In this document: piece by piece, positions 39,588 through 49,850 of the stretch | Layout: each line of letters opens with the position of its first letter | Numbering within the stretch: the first letter of the stretch is position 1 | From: Pirellulales bacterium | GTDB taxonomy: Bacteria > Planctomycetota > Planctomycetia > Pirellulales > JBBRCE01 | Assembly (NCBI GenBank): GCA_038205115.1 | Contig: JBBRCE010000022.1 | Coordinates: 7,338-71,337 of the forward strand | Length of the DNA: 64,000 nt | Direction: 5' to 3' | The notes under the pieces: model-generated | The model's database searches: none | Told to the model about the DNA's origin: nothing | The model's input: only the letters and a program-made list of their open reading frames with translations | Translations under genes and position numbers: made by a program

Positions 39588-40856
39588 TCAAACCCGGCTG
39601 CCGGCCAACATGCCGGTGGCGAACGCGGCCTGAAAGTTATAACCGCCAATCGGGCCGTCCAGGTCCAGCAGTTCGCCGGCGAAATATAAGTTTGGCGTCC
39701 GTTTGCTCTGCATCGTGTGCGAATCGACTTCGTCCAAGCACACGCCGCCCGCTGTGACTTCGGCTTTGCCGTAACCTTGCGTGCCAGCGATGGGGATGGC
39801 CAGATGTTTGAGTTGCTGCACCAACTGCTGCCGCTGCGACTTACTGAGTTCGGCTGCGCGCTGCTCGGGCGGGATCGCCGCTTGTTGCAACAGCGCTTCC
39901 GCCAGCCGGCGCGGAATTTCTTCGGGCAGCAGTCCCGCAATGTGCCGCTTGCCCAACTCGCCGGCGGTGCGGCGCAGCCGTTCGTCCACTGCGGGTTCTT
40001 TCAGGTCCGGCAAGAAGTCACATTCCAAAATCAGCGTATTGGCGCGGGGATGGCAACTGACCTCGCGGCTAACATCCAGCACCGCCGGGCCGGACAAACC
40101 GAAATGCGTCAGCAAAAACGAACCGCGCCGTTGCGCCAAACAGTTTGGCTTTGTCACCGACGCGATCGGTGGTTCGATGACGCGGATATTCACATCTGGC
40201 AGCGTCACGCCTTTGAGTTGCCGAATCCAATCGGCGCTGGTCGTAATCGGCACCAGCGCCGGGCGCAGCGGCACAATCGTATGCCCCAGCGCGCGGGCCC
40301 AAGCGTAACCGTCGCCACAGGTGCCGCAGCCCGGATACGATTGTCCGCCGGTGGTGACAATCAGTCGCTGAGCGGTCACGGTCCGTTTGGGCGTTACGAC
40401 GGCGAATCCGTCACCATGCCGATCGATGTTCAAAGCCGGCTCTTCGACGGCCAGCACCGCGCCGCTGCGCTCGAAGCGTTTCATCAGCGCTGCCAGCACA
40501 TCTGTGGCGCGGTCGCTGGTCGGAAAGATTTTTCCGCCGGGCTCAACTTTTGTTGGCACGCCCTCGGCTTCGATCATCGCCACAACATCGGCGGGCCCCA
40601 GCAGCGCCAAGGCAGAGTGCAAGAATGCGCCCTGACTACCATACGCACGAATGATCCCGCGACGGTCGGTGTGTTGCGTGAGGTTGCAACGCGTGCCGCC
40701 GGACATCAAGATCTTGACGCCCGGCCGGCGGTTTTTTTCGAGCAGCATCGTATGCAGGCCGCGCTCGGCCGCCGTGAATGCCGCCACCAGTCCAGCGGCG
40801 CCAGCGCCGATCACCAGCACATCGTAATCCCAAGGGCGATCGATCATCCGCGACAT
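39588..40856 (-). CDS. NAD(P)/FAD-dependent oxidoreductase, HI0933/YhiN (BaiN-like) family
   Basis: ORF trimmed to MSRMIDRPWDYDVLVIGAGAAGLVAA. GVKILMSGGTRCNLT and C-terminal LYFAGELLDLDGPIGGYNFQ are present. Confidence 0.8.
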   Translation of the reverse strand: MSRMIDRPWDYDVLVIGAGAAGLVAAFTAAERGLHTMLLEKNRRPGVKILMSGGTRCNLTQHTDRRGIIRAYGSQGAFLHSALALLGPADVVAMIEAEGVPTKVEPGGKIFPTSDRATDVLAALMKRFERSGAVLAVEEPALNIDRHGDGFAVVTPKRTVTAQRLIVTTGGQSYPGCGTCGDGYAWARALGHTIVPLRPALVPITTSADWIRQLKGVTLPDVNIRVIEPPIASVTKPNCLAQRRGSFLLTHFGLSGPAVLDVSREVSCHPRANTLILECDFLPDLKEPAVDERLRRTAGELGKRHIAGLLPEEIPRRLAEALLQQAAIPPEQRAAELSKSQRQQLVQQLKHLAIPIAGTQGYGKAEVTAGGVCLDEVDSHTMQSKRTPNLYFAGELLDLDGPIGGYNFQAAFATGMLAGSRV

Positions 40857-40929
40857 TGTAACATCGCGGTGCGCGCAACGTGGAACGAGGCACAAGGATT
40901 TCCGGCCAAGCCGCGCTACGACTCAACTC

Positions 40930-41379
40930 CTACAGTGTGGCCGGCAGAATCACGTCTTTCATCCAGAAACGCTTGAGCTTTTTGACGACTTGCAAAAACT
41001 GCTCGCGGTCAACTGGCTTGGTCATGTAGGCGTCAACGTGTAGCAACTTGCAGCGCAATGCGTCCGCGTCGTCTTTAGAACTGGTCAGCACAACCACCGG
41101 AATACTTTGCAGATCGAAGTCGGCTTTGACTTCAGCCAGCACTTCATGGCCATCTTTGCCAGGCAAGTTCAAATCCAACAGAATCAGATCGGGCCGCGGC
41201 GCCTTGGCGTACACGCCTGACTGATTAAGAAAATCCATCGCCTCGATGCCATCGCGCATGAGCGTCAATCGATGCTTAACGCCGCCATTCTTCAACGCGC
41301 CCATCGTCAGGCAAGCGTCGGTCAGGCCATCTTCAACCAACAGGATTTCCATCGGTCGACCAACCATCTCGCGCGTCAT
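40930..41379 (-). CDS. stand-alone response regulator receiver domain
   Basis: ILLVEDG, ILLDLNLPGKDG, VVVLTSS and YMTKP form the REC signature. The start is ambiguous among Met10, Met14 and Met19 of the track ORF. Confidence 0.8.
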   Translation of the reverse strand: MTREMVGRPMEILLVEDGLTDACLTMGALKNGGVKHRLTLMRDGIEAMDFLNQSGVYAKAPRPDLILLDLNLPGKDGHEVLAEVKADFDLQSIPVVVLTSSKDDADALRCKLLHVDAYMTKPVDREQFLQVVKKLKRFWMKDVILPATL

Positions 41380-41492
41380 AAAATCGATCCTCAGTGGTCT
41401 GCGCATCGTCTTGGAGGCACAAATTCATTATACTCCCAAGCCACCGAATTGACACGTTTTGTCCGAGTGGATTTCCTCTCAACCACCAAGCA

Positions 41493-42461
41493 ATGAACCA
41501 AGAATTATCCTTCGGGCAGCGTTTAACCGCGGCAATCCGCAGAGTCGGCAACCCAGTGCTCGTGGGTCTCGACCCGCGCTTTGAGCAGTTACCACGGGCG
41601 ATTGCCAATGCTGCTCTGCAAGCCGAAAGCGATCCGTGCGCCGCGCGCGCAACCGCTTACGCGAACTTCTGCCGTGGCGTGATCGATGTCGTGGCGCCGC
41701 TGGTTGCGGCCGTCAAGCCGCAAGTGGCCTTTTTTGAGCAACTCGGTCCGCATGGCATGGCGGCTCTGCAGACGGTGTGCGAGTACGCTCGCCAAAAAGG
41801 CCTGCTGGTCATCATCGACGGCAAACGCAATGACATCGATTCGACGGCGACCGCCTACGCCAGCGGATGGTTGCGTGGTTCGCAAGCTAGCAAAAATCAC
41901 GTCAGCGGCCAACATGAGGGAATCTGGGGCGGCGACGCACTGACCGTCAGCCCGTATCTTGGCAGCGACAGCCTGACGCCGTTTGTCAACACGGCGCACG
42001 CCACCGGCAGTGGTATTTTCATACTGGTGAAAACATCCAACCCGGGCGGGGGACAGTTTCAGGATTTGGTTTGCGAGGGTCGACCGCTGTATCGTCACGT
42101 GGCGGATTACGTCGAACAATTGGCGGCCGCCGACGCCGGTAACGCGCGGTACGGTTCGATGGGCGCGGTGGTCGGCGCCACATACCCAGAACAATTGGTC
42201 GAACTGCGGGCAGCCATGCCACATGCTTGGCTGCTGGTACCTGGTTTTGGCAGCCAAGGCGGAACAGCCGCAGCCGTGATGGCCGCGTTCGATTCCGAAG
42301 GCCTGGGCGGCATCATCAATAACTCGCGCGGAATCATCTTCGCTCACGCGCGACGCGAGTATACGCAATTTGGCGAAGCGCGTTGGCAAGACGCCGTCGA
42401 AGCGGCGGCCCAAGACATGATCCAGCAACTGCGTCAGGCCGGTTATCCCGCGCCCAATTAG
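41493..42461 (+). CDS. pyrF: orotidine-5'-phosphate decarboxylase (type 2)
   Basis: ORF trimmed to MNQELSFGQRL. Blocks VLVGLDPR, IIDGKRNDIDSTA and VSPYLG are present. Confidence 0.88.
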   Translation: MNQELSFGQRLTAAIRRVGNPVLVGLDPRFEQLPRAIANAALQAESDPCAARATAYANFCRGVIDVVAPLVAAVKPQVAFFEQLGPHGMAALQTVCEYARQKGLLVIIDGKRNDIDSTATAYASGWLRGSQASKNHVSGQHEGIWGGDALTVSPYLGSDSLTPFVNTAHATGSGIFILVKTSNPGGGQFQDLVCEGRPLYRHVADYVEQLAAADAGNARYGSMGAVVGATYPEQLVELRAAMPHAWLLVPGFGSQGGTAAAVMAAFDSEGLGGIINNSRGIIFAHARREYTQFGEARWQDAVEAAAQDMIQQLRQAGYPAPN

Positions 42462-42541
42462 CGAACGATCGCGATCAGCGTGACGGCGCGCTTCGCAATG
42501 AGTTCGGCCGTGGTTCGCAGCATTTTTCGAGAAACCATCAC

Positions 42542-43540
42542 GTGAACGCGCTTGTCACCGGCGCCGGCGGATTTTTAGGTCAATATCTCGTCGAGCAATT
42601 GCTCGACGCGGGGTGGCAGGTTCGTGCGCTGGCGCGCGGAAATTACCCGGCGCTGCAACGGCCGGGCGTCGAACGGGTTTGCGTCGACCTTCGTCATCGC
42701 GAATCAACCATTGCCGCCTGTCGCAATCAGGATGTGGTTTTTCACGCAGCCGGTGTGGCAGGCATTTGGGGACCGTGGCAGCATTACTACGAAATTAACA
42801 CGCTCGGCACGCAGCACATTATCGACGGTTGTCGTCAAGCCGGCGTACCACGTTTAATTTACACCAGTAGTCCCAGCGTCACCTTTGATGGTCGCGACCA
42901 GTGCCATGTCGACGAAACCGCGCCGTATCCCAAGCACTGGTTGTGCGCCTATCCCCAGACCAAGGCGCTCGCCGAACAGGCCGTACTGGCAGCCAACGAC
43001 GCCCAACTGGCAACTTGCTCGCTGCGGCCGCATTTGATCTGGGGGCCGCGCGATGGCCATTTGATTCCGCGACTGCTCGATCGGGCACGCCGCGGACAAC
43101 TTCGCCGCGTGGGCGATGGTCAAAACCTGATCGACATCACTTACGTGGAGAACGCCGCCACCGCGCATTTGCAAGCCGCCGCCGCGCTCACGCCCGGCGG
43201 ACCAACCTCCGGGCGCGCGTATTTCATCAGTCAGGGCCAACCGGTCAATTGCTGGCAGTGGATCGACGAAATTCTGGCGATGGTCAACCTGCCGCCGGTT
43301 CGCAGCAGCATTTCTACCGCCGCCGCTTGGCAAATTGGTCGGCTGCTGGAATGGAAGCATCGTTTGCTCCGCCTGCCGGACGAACCACGAATGACGCGAT
43401 TTTTGGCCGCGCAGCTCGGCCGCTCGCATTATTTCCAAATCGACCGCGCTCGGCAGGATTTTGGTTATGCTCCAGCGATTTCCACTTCCGACGGCATGCG
43501 GCGTCTATCCGCATGGTTGGCCAACTCGTCAGATGTTTAG
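42542..43540 (+). CDS. NAD-dependent epimerase/dehydratase (3-beta-HSD-like SDR)
   Basis: GTG start before NALVTGAGGFLGQYLV (Rossmann fold). The catalytic YPQTKALAE (YxxxK) is present. There is no in-frame ATG near the N-terminus. Confidence 0.75.
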   Translation: MNALVTGAGGFLGQYLVEQLLDAGWQVRALARGNYPALQRPGVERVCVDLRHRESTIAACRNQDVVFHAAGVAGIWGPWQHYYEINTLGTQHIIDGCRQAGVPRLIYTSSPSVTFDGRDQCHVDETAPYPKHWLCAYPQTKALAEQAVLAANDAQLATCSLRPHLIWGPRDGHLIPRLLDRARRGQLRRVGDGQNLIDITYVENAATAHLQAAAALTPGGPTSGRAYFISQGQPVNCWQWIDEILAMVNLPPVRSSISTAAAWQIGRLLEWKHRLLRLPDEPRMTRFLAAQLGRSHYFQIDRARQDFGYAPAISTSDGMRRLSAWLANSSDV

Positions 43541-43854
43541 CGCTTTTGAGCCTTCGTTTAAGGCCTCGGCTGCGAACGTCCGCGTGCCAATCGAATGAAT
43601 TGAAAGCGATTCTGGGCGTCTCTCATCGATTCCGGGCGTTCGACGACCAAGTTCAATTGAACTACCGCCTTGCCGTTCGTTTGCCTTGAACTCGGCGCGA
43701 AAAAACCGACAATGGATGGCGGTTGTGGCAACTTGCCACCGGGGTGTTGGTGTCAGCTCCAAGCGATTCGCGGCGGGCGCAAAATGACAGTGAACGTTTT
43801 TCGGCCGTTCCTTTAGTACGGCAATCGGAACTCTACGTACGGAATGGTTGGTCT

Positions 43855-45135
43855 ATGAACGTTTTGATCATTGGTGCCGGCGGTCGCGAGCACGCATTGG
43901 CTTGGAAGATCGCTCAGAGCCCACGCGTGCGGCAAGTGTTTGTTGCGCCGGGTAACGCGGGCACATTGCAATGCGCGCAAAACGTGGATATCGCCACTTC
44001 GGATTTCGCGCGGTTGATCAAGTTCGTACGGCAGAATGATGTGAAGCTAACCATCGTCGGACCGGAAGCGCCGCTCACCGCCGGCATTGTCGATGCGTTT
44101 CGCAAAGAGAATCTGAAAATCTTTGGCCCCAACAAAGCCGCGGCCCAGCTTGAAGGCAGCAAGGTGTTCTGCAAAAATCTGCTGCGGCAAGCCGACGTGC
44201 CAACCGCCGATTACCAGGTTTTTCGCGATCTCAACCGCGCGATCCATTACCTCTCCGAACGCGAAGATGTGCCGGTTGTCGTCAAAGCAGACGGCTTGGC
44301 TTCTGGCAAAGGCGTGTTCGTCTGCAAGAATCGCGAAGAAGCGCTGGACGCGGTGAATCGCATTGCTCGGCACAAAGAGTTTGGCGCCGCCGGCAATCAA
44401 ATGGTCATTGAAGAACGGCTAGAAGGTATCGAAGCCAGCGTGTTGGCAATCACCGATGGCCGCACGATTGTGACCCTACCGCCCGCGCAAGATCACAAAG
44501 CGGCCTTCGACGGCGACAAGGGGCCTAACACTGGCGGAATGGGCGCGTATTGCCCAACGCCGCTGGTCAGCGACGCGCAGTCGCGCGTGATCGAAAGCCA
44601 GATTCTGGTGCCCACCGTACACGCCATGAAGCGCTCGCGGCAGCCCTTTCGCGGCGTGTTGTACGCGGGCTTGATGTTGACCAATCAAGGGCCCAAAGTG
44701 CTGGAGTACAACGTGCGGTTTGGCGATCCGGAATGTCAGCCGCTGCTGATGCGATTGAAGACCGATCTCGTGGACGTCATCGAAGCCACGTTGGAAGAGC
44801 GACTCGATGAAATCGCGCCGCTCGAGTGGGATCCGCGACCCGCCGTCTGCGTGGTGATGGTCAGCGCGGGTTATCCGGGCCAGTACACCGTCGGTCAGCC
44901 GATTCGCGGCTTGGACGACGCCGATCGGTTGCCGGACGTCAAAGTTTTTCATGCTGGCACTGCCATAAGCGACGGCCGAGTGGTCACCAACGGCGGGCGG
45001 GTGTTGGGCGTGACCGCCATGGGAGCGACGATTGCGGCAGCCAAGCTGCAAGCATACACCGCCGTAAAATGCATTCGCTGGGAAGGCGCCTGGTGCCGTA
45101 AAGACATCAGTGATAAAGCGCTGCGGGCTAAGTAA
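43855..45135 (+). CDS. purD: phosphoribosylamine--glycine ligase
   Basis: ORF trimmed to MNVLIIGAGGREHALAWKIAQSP. ATP-grasp core and GGMGAY are present. Confidence 0.92.
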   Translation: MNVLIIGAGGREHALAWKIAQSPRVRQVFVAPGNAGTLQCAQNVDIATSDFARLIKFVRQNDVKLTIVGPEAPLTAGIVDAFRKENLKIFGPNKAAAQLEGSKVFCKNLLRQADVPTADYQVFRDLNRAIHYLSEREDVPVVVKADGLASGKGVFVCKNREEALDAVNRIARHKEFGAAGNQMVIEERLEGIEASVLAITDGRTIVTLPPAQDHKAAFDGDKGPNTGGMGAYCPTPLVSDAQSRVIESQILVPTVHAMKRSRQPFRGVLYAGLMLTNQGPKVLEYNVRFGDPECQPLLMRLKTDLVDVIEATLEERLDEIAPLEWDPRPAVCVVMVSAGYPGQYTVGQPIRGLDDADRLPDVKVFHAGTAISDGRVVTNGGRVLGVTAMGATIAAAKLQAYTAVKCIRWEGAWCRKDISDKALRAK

Positions 45136-45146
45136 ACGCCGTGACT

Positions 45147-46583
45147 TTAGAACTTCGGCCCGCGGAGCCGTTCGTGAAATTCGCAGCCCACCAGGTATTG
45201 GGGTCGACCGCCTTCTTCCACCAACCGGCAATGGCTGACGATGGCATGCACGTAAATCGCCTTGGCCGGCGGGCCGAGCATGATCACGAATTCGGTTTCG
45301 GCCGGTCGTTCTGGCATGAAGAACGAAATTCCGCCCGTCGATAAATCCTGGCCCATCACATTGTAAAACGCTCGCAAATTCGGAAAGCCAGTCGCCTGAT
45401 AGGGTGCAATCATCTGCGGGCAGCGAAGCCGACGACGTTCGTCGTGCCGTCGCCCCTGGGACAGTTGGCTGGATTGAATACCGTGCGGATCAATGCGGCC
45501 ATTGCGAATGGCGTCCGACATCACGCGTTTGATCTGTTCGAGATCGCCAGCTTCAATCGTCGTTTGCAATTCGCGAACCACATCCAAACAGGCGTTCGTG
45601 GTTTGCTGCGCGCGTTCGACAGCCTGGTTGGCTTCGTGCCGCTCCGTGACGTCCACGCCGGAGACAAAATATTCGATTACGCCGCTGGGTAATTCTACCG
45701 CGTGAAACGACCACGACATCCGCCGTATGTTGCCATGCTTGCTGTGCAGCGCACACTCAAGTTGAACCTTTGGCCCGCCCGGCTTGAGTTGCAGAATCTC
45801 GTTGACCAGCGCCGTTGCGTCGTCGTACGCGGTGTACACGCTGACAAACGTGCGGTCGCAAATTTCTGCCAAAGCGTACTGCCCCAGCGACTCCAGGGCA
45901 GAATTCAACTCGACAACCTGCAAACTTTGATTAAGCCTTGCAAAAGACGACTCGCCGGACTGGCGCTCCGCCCGAATGATCGTCGTAGCCACGTCAAGTT
46001 GTTGTTCAAGCCACTGGCGTTCGAAGCTGGCGGCGAGCAAGCTGGCGGCGGTTTCGAGCAGCCGCACGTCGGCGGCGCCAAAATGTCGCGGAGCGTTGTG
46101 ATAGACGCCCAGCGTACCAAACTGTTCGCCATCCTGGCTGAGTGGGACCACCAATGCGCTGACCACGCCCCGGCTGTCCAGGCAAGGGTCGCGTTGCGCG
46201 GCGCTGCGGCAATCGGCCAGCGCCAGAGGTTTGGATGTGTTCAGCACGCACTGCGTCAGCGTACCGCCTTTTTCGCCCGCAAGCGAAATATCCTTCCACG
46301 CGCTCCATTCGCCGCCTAACCCACGCTGAGCAATTTTCAACATCAGTTCATTGGTCTGCGGCGACCGCGTGGCGACGCCGCAAAATCCGCAAGCCAGCAG
46401 CTCCGCCAAGTGCTCGGGTAGCCGCTGGAGCAATTCGGAAAAGGCGCCTTGCTGAATCGCAAAGGGCAACAGGGTCAAAAGTCGCGGATCGGGTTTTTCC
46501 GCCGCGCCGGCAGTCGATTCGCCCGCCCCGCGCTGTCCATGGGCGACTGCTTTCGAAACGGAAATTGCGGCCACCGTCATCAT
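45147..46583 (-). CDS. GAF-PAS-PilZ domain protein (paralog 1)
   Basis: ORF trimmed to MMTVAAISVS, because the 76 upstream codons are Cys/His/Trp/Arg-rich. GAF-like and PAS-like regions are present. The C-terminal PilZ has RRRLR (RxxxR) and DLSTGG (DxSxxG). Confidence 0.7.
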   Translation of the reverse strand: MMTVAAISVSKAVAHGQRGAGESTAGAAEKPDPRLLTLLPFAIQQGAFSELLQRLPEHLAELLACGFCGVATRSPQTNELMLKIAQRGLGGEWSAWKDISLAGEKGGTLTQCVLNTSKPLALADCRSAAQRDPCLDSRGVVSALVVPLSQDGEQFGTLGVYHNAPRHFGAADVRLLETAASLLAASFERQWLEQQLDVATTIIRAERQSGESSFARLNQSLQVVELNSALESLGQYALAEICDRTFVSVYTAYDDATALVNEILQLKPGGPKVQLECALHSKHGNIRRMSWSFHAVELPSGVIEYFVSGVDVTERHEANQAVERAQQTTNACLDVVRELQTTIEAGDLEQIKRVMSDAIRNGRIDPHGIQSSQLSQGRRHDERRRLRCPQMIAPYQATGFPNLRAFYNVMGQDLSTGGISFFMPERPAETEFVIMLGPPAKAIYVHAIVSHCRLVEEGGRPQYLVGCEFHERLRGPKF

Positions 46584-46857
46584 GACGTTCAATCGATCGG
46601 GTTCAAAGTCCTGCAGTGATTTCAATTCCGGTTCGCAGTGCCCGACATGCCAATGGCGACGGCCGAGAAACGGGACAACCAAACATAGCACAGCAGCTTG
46701 TCGAAGCGGCTGGCAATGCGTCCGCGGCCCAGTTTGGCGATACCATTTGGCTGCGGCAATGAACTCCATGCCGATTGTATCGCCTTTACGCTGGATGGAG
46801 AGTCCATTCAAGATCGCCTGGCGGCAGCGGCAGGCCGCGAGTCGTCCGCACGCGTCG

Positions 46858-47892
46858 CTAGATTTTGCCAGCTTCGTAGCGGCCGAATACCATTCGCCCG
46901 GCGTTGGTTTGCAGGACGCTGGTCACGGCCACGCGCACTTGCCGATTGATCTGCTCGCGCGCGGCTTCGACGACAATCATTGTGCCGTCGTCCAAATAAC
47001 CGACGCCTTGCCCAGCCTCTTCGCCCGGCTTGACGATTCGCACTTCAATGGTCTCGCCCGGAATGAACACCGGCTTGAGCGCGTTGGCCAATTCGTTGAG
47101 ATTCAGCACGCCCACCTGATGCAACTGCGCGACCTTATTGAGGTTAAAATCGCTGGTCACAATTCGTCCGCCCAGATGCTTGGCCAGCAGCACCAATTTC
47201 TGATCGACGGTCTGCCCGTTGAACTCCGGCAGTTCGCGGTCGAAGATTGTGAGTTCGATCTGCGGCGTCTCTTTGAGCTTATTGAGCACGTCCAATCCGC
47301 GGCGTCCCCGCGTGCGTTTAAGCCGGTCGCTGCTGTCGGCAATCGCTTGCAATTCGCCAATCACAAACCGCGGCATGATCAACTGATTTTCGATCAGTCC
47401 GGTAGCCAGCACGTCGGCAATTCGGCCATCGATTACGGCGCTGGTATCCAGTACGTAGGGCTTGCGACCTTTGATTTCCTTGGCGAATTCCACATAGGGA
47501 ATGATAAATCGAAAGTCATTTTTGGTTTGAATCAACAGGCTGATGCAGATGTAGCAAAGCACCATGCCCATGCCCACCTGACAGTAATCGACCCACAAAT
47601 TAACGGTAGGATTTTTCTCCGACGGCAGCAGTGGCACGATCGCCAGCCGCAGCAAATACGTCAAGAACAGCCCGACGATCAAGCCAAAATAAACGGCCGA
47701 GATGGTGTCGAGTTGTTTACGTTTGAGCCCCACATCGGCGGCGATGACGGCCAGCGCCAGTCCGACAATTACGCAAATGGCAATGATCGGCGCCGACGTC
47801 GGCGATTGCGGCAGCAGCGCGGAATTGATCAGCGTCACAGCCAAACCGGCGGCAATGGCCACGAACACGCAGCGCAAAACGACGATGGCCAT
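46858..47892 (-). CDS. PIN/TRAM domain membrane protein (YacL-like)
   Basis: N-terminal TM helices, PIN block YVLDTSAVIDGRI and a C-terminal TRAM block GETIEVRIVKPGEEAGQGVGYLDDGTMIVV. Confidence 0.8.
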   Translation of the reverse strand: MAIVVLRCVFVAIAAGLAVTLINSALLPQSPTSAPIIAICVIVGLALAVIAADVGLKRKQLDTISAVYFGLIVGLFLTYLLRLAIVPLLPSEKNPTVNLWVDYCQVGMGMVLCYICISLLIQTKNDFRFIIPYVEFAKEIKGRKPYVLDTSAVIDGRIADVLATGLIENQLIMPRFVIGELQAIADSSDRLKRTRGRRGLDVLNKLKETPQIELTIFDRELPEFNGQTVDQKLVLLAKHLGGRIVTSDFNLNKVAQLHQVGVLNLNELANALKPVFIPGETIEVRIVKPGEEAGQGVGYLDDGTMIVVEAAREQINRQVRVAVTSVLQTNAGRMVFGRYEAGKI

Positions 47893-48085
47893 ATTGGAAA
47901 CTTAACGAAGGAAAGAAAAAACGCCGCAGGCCAAGGGAACGGCCGCAGCCGGCAAGATAAGACCGGCTAATTCTAATCTTAATCCGCGATAGCGGCTACT
48001 GCCAGCAAGGCCGAAGCCGTGAAACTGGTCGGGGCATTCATCAGCCGTTCGAACCATGCGATTGGGCATAGGCAATCGAATGTGC

Positions 48086-48400
48086 CTATAGGCCGGTGGC
48101 GAAGTTTCGGAAAGCGAGTTCATCGTTAGGACTATGGAATTCGCCTTTCAGTAGTAGCCTTGCAATTCTTTGCGATCGCGCCAAAACACCTGAGCTTCCG
48201 GCACGCCGGCTTGCATGACCAATTTCCGGCAAATAATCAGTGAAGCCGTCCAAATGTTTTCCACCCGTGACGGCGGCACGCAAACCGGCATCTTTGACTC
48301 CGGACTTTAAACCTTGCGCTTTCGATTGACGATTTCGGGTTCGCCAGAAGAGCTTGATCGCCTCGCCGACTTGCTTTTCGATTTCGTCAAGCTTGTTCAC
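48086..48400 (-). pseudogene. remnant of a type II restriction endonuclease gene (frameshifted and truncated)
   Basis: GTG at 48400 overlaps the methylase stop by 14 nt. KLDEIEKQVGEAIKLFWRTRNRQSKAQGLKSGVKDAGLRAAVTGGKHLDGF then continues only in the +1 frame (LIICRKLVMQAGVPEAQVFWRDRKELQGYY) to a TGA at 48148-48150. No further nuclease-like ORF follows. Any resemblance to XhoI/PaeR7I-type N-termini is from memory only. Confidence 0.5.
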
Positions 48401-49357
48401 GCAACACAATCTCCGTAACGGTCTCCGAGGTGCGCGCCTCGTCAATTCGGCGCATGGCTCCCTTGGCATAAACAGGGTCAACTTCAAAACCGATCGAATT
48501 CCGACCGCAAAGCAAGGCCGCTGCGGTGGTCGTGCCAGTGCCTAAAAAGGGATCTAAAACAGTATCTCCTACAAAACTAAACATCCGGACCAGCCGCATT
48601 GCGACTTCAAGCGGAAAGGGGGCCGGATGTTGGCGGGTGGAAGCGCCCGTTAAACCGGTCCAAATTTGCTGAAACCATTGCTTGTGATTCGCGTCACCAA
48701 TTACGCTCAACACCCGCGTGGCAATGGATGGGCTGCGGTAACCACCCGATTTTCGTTGCATCAGAATGAATTCGATATCATTTTTGATGACGGCGTTCGG
48801 TTCGTATGGCTTACCCAAAAATGAGCCGCTGCCCGACGCCTCAAAGTCGACATTCGAGATTTTGTGCCAGATGATTGGCGCCAAATTGTCGTAACCGATC
48901 CGTCGGCAATGTTCCTGAATCGACGCGTGCAGCGGCACCACGGTGTGCCGGCCATCGTTCTTACGACGCGATAAGCAGACGTCGCCGACGACGCAAATCA
49001 AACGCCCTCCAGGCACAAGCGCGCGGTAGCAACGCTCCCAAACAAGGTCGATTTGCTCGAGAAAGCCTTCGTATCTTCGAAATGCCCAAGCTGCGCCGGA
49101 CTGTCGCGATAATTCTTCAAGGTCCAATACGGTGGCGATGTCAAAACCAGGTGCAGCGACTCGTCGTCGAGTTGCATTTGTCGCGCATCAACAACCACAA
49201 TTTCGTGCTGGGTGGGAACGCGACGAACGGCGTTCTCGATTTCTGCAATCAAGCCGGCATTCTTGGCAATCGCAGGCAACGCCCTCTGCGCATTCTCCAA
49301 CAACGGCAGTCCGTCGGGCAAGTAGCCTTCGTGCTGATCAGAAAGTTGTCGCAACAT
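48387..49357 (-). pseudogene. beta-class N4/N6 DNA methyltransferase with a 1-nt frameshift
   Basis: The N-terminal ORF (48998..49357) carries motif IV LTSPPYW. The C-terminal ORF (48387..49127) carries motif I DPFLGTGTT. The frames meet at GHFED|YEGFLEQ (about 49071-49075), where GAT-AC would need GAT-TAC. Confidence 0.7.
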
Positions 49358-49622
49358 GGTCCATCCGCTTGGCTCGTTCGCCGGATTCTAGCCTGTTGCA
49401 AACAATGTCGAAAGCCAACCGCCCCGATTTGCGCGTCCGCAAATTCGCATACATTCAATCATCACGAATTCGCACATCGCCAGCGAGGTCGAAGCGCAGA
49501 AGCCCAGCGATTTCCCGCACGACGCACTCGTCGGGCGGGATTCGCTGGAAAATCGAGAAGATTGGTTGGGCACTCAATCTGTTCGAAGACGAAGCCGTTC
49601 GAAAATTTCCGTCGCCAGAATT

Positions 49623-49850
49623 TTAATCGAACTGCACCCGACTCTGTTCCACGGAATCAATCAATTCCGTCGCCCGACGAACCAGGTCAATGCCCGAGTC
49701 CATCGGAGGATAAGCGGCGCTGGCGGGATCGCATGCCTCGAACGATCCGTTGCAGTGTTGACACACGACCCAGCGGCCCAAATAAACGACGCGCACCTGC
49801 AGACTCCGTCCGCAGGTAGGGCATTCTTGCACAAAAAACAGCGCTGACAT
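49623..49850 (-). CDS. small zinc-ribbon protein, function unknown
   Basis: MSALFFVQECPTCGRSLQVRVVYLGRWVVCQHCNGSF (CxxC...CxxC). It lies on the same strand as, and upstream of, the methylase remnant. Confidence 0.55.
   Translation of the reverse strand: MSALFFVQECPTCGRSLQVRVVYLGRWVVCQHCNGSFEACDPASAAYPPMDSGIDLVRRATELIDSVEQSRVQFD

Noticed and set aside
43706-43790. A ZTP (pfl) riboswitch-like 5' half upstream of purD: CCGACA..TGGATGGCG-GTGGCAactTGCCAC-CGGGG..TGTTGG.
   Set aside because: I could not find the conserved 3' sub-domain (CCGCCTGGGC-type pseudoknot partner) between it and the purD start. cmsearch with RF01750 would be decisive.
48046-48055. A T-loop-like GTTCGAACC string suggesting a tRNA.
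   Set aside because: The flanking sequence offers no acceptor-stem, D-arm or anticodon-arm pairing.
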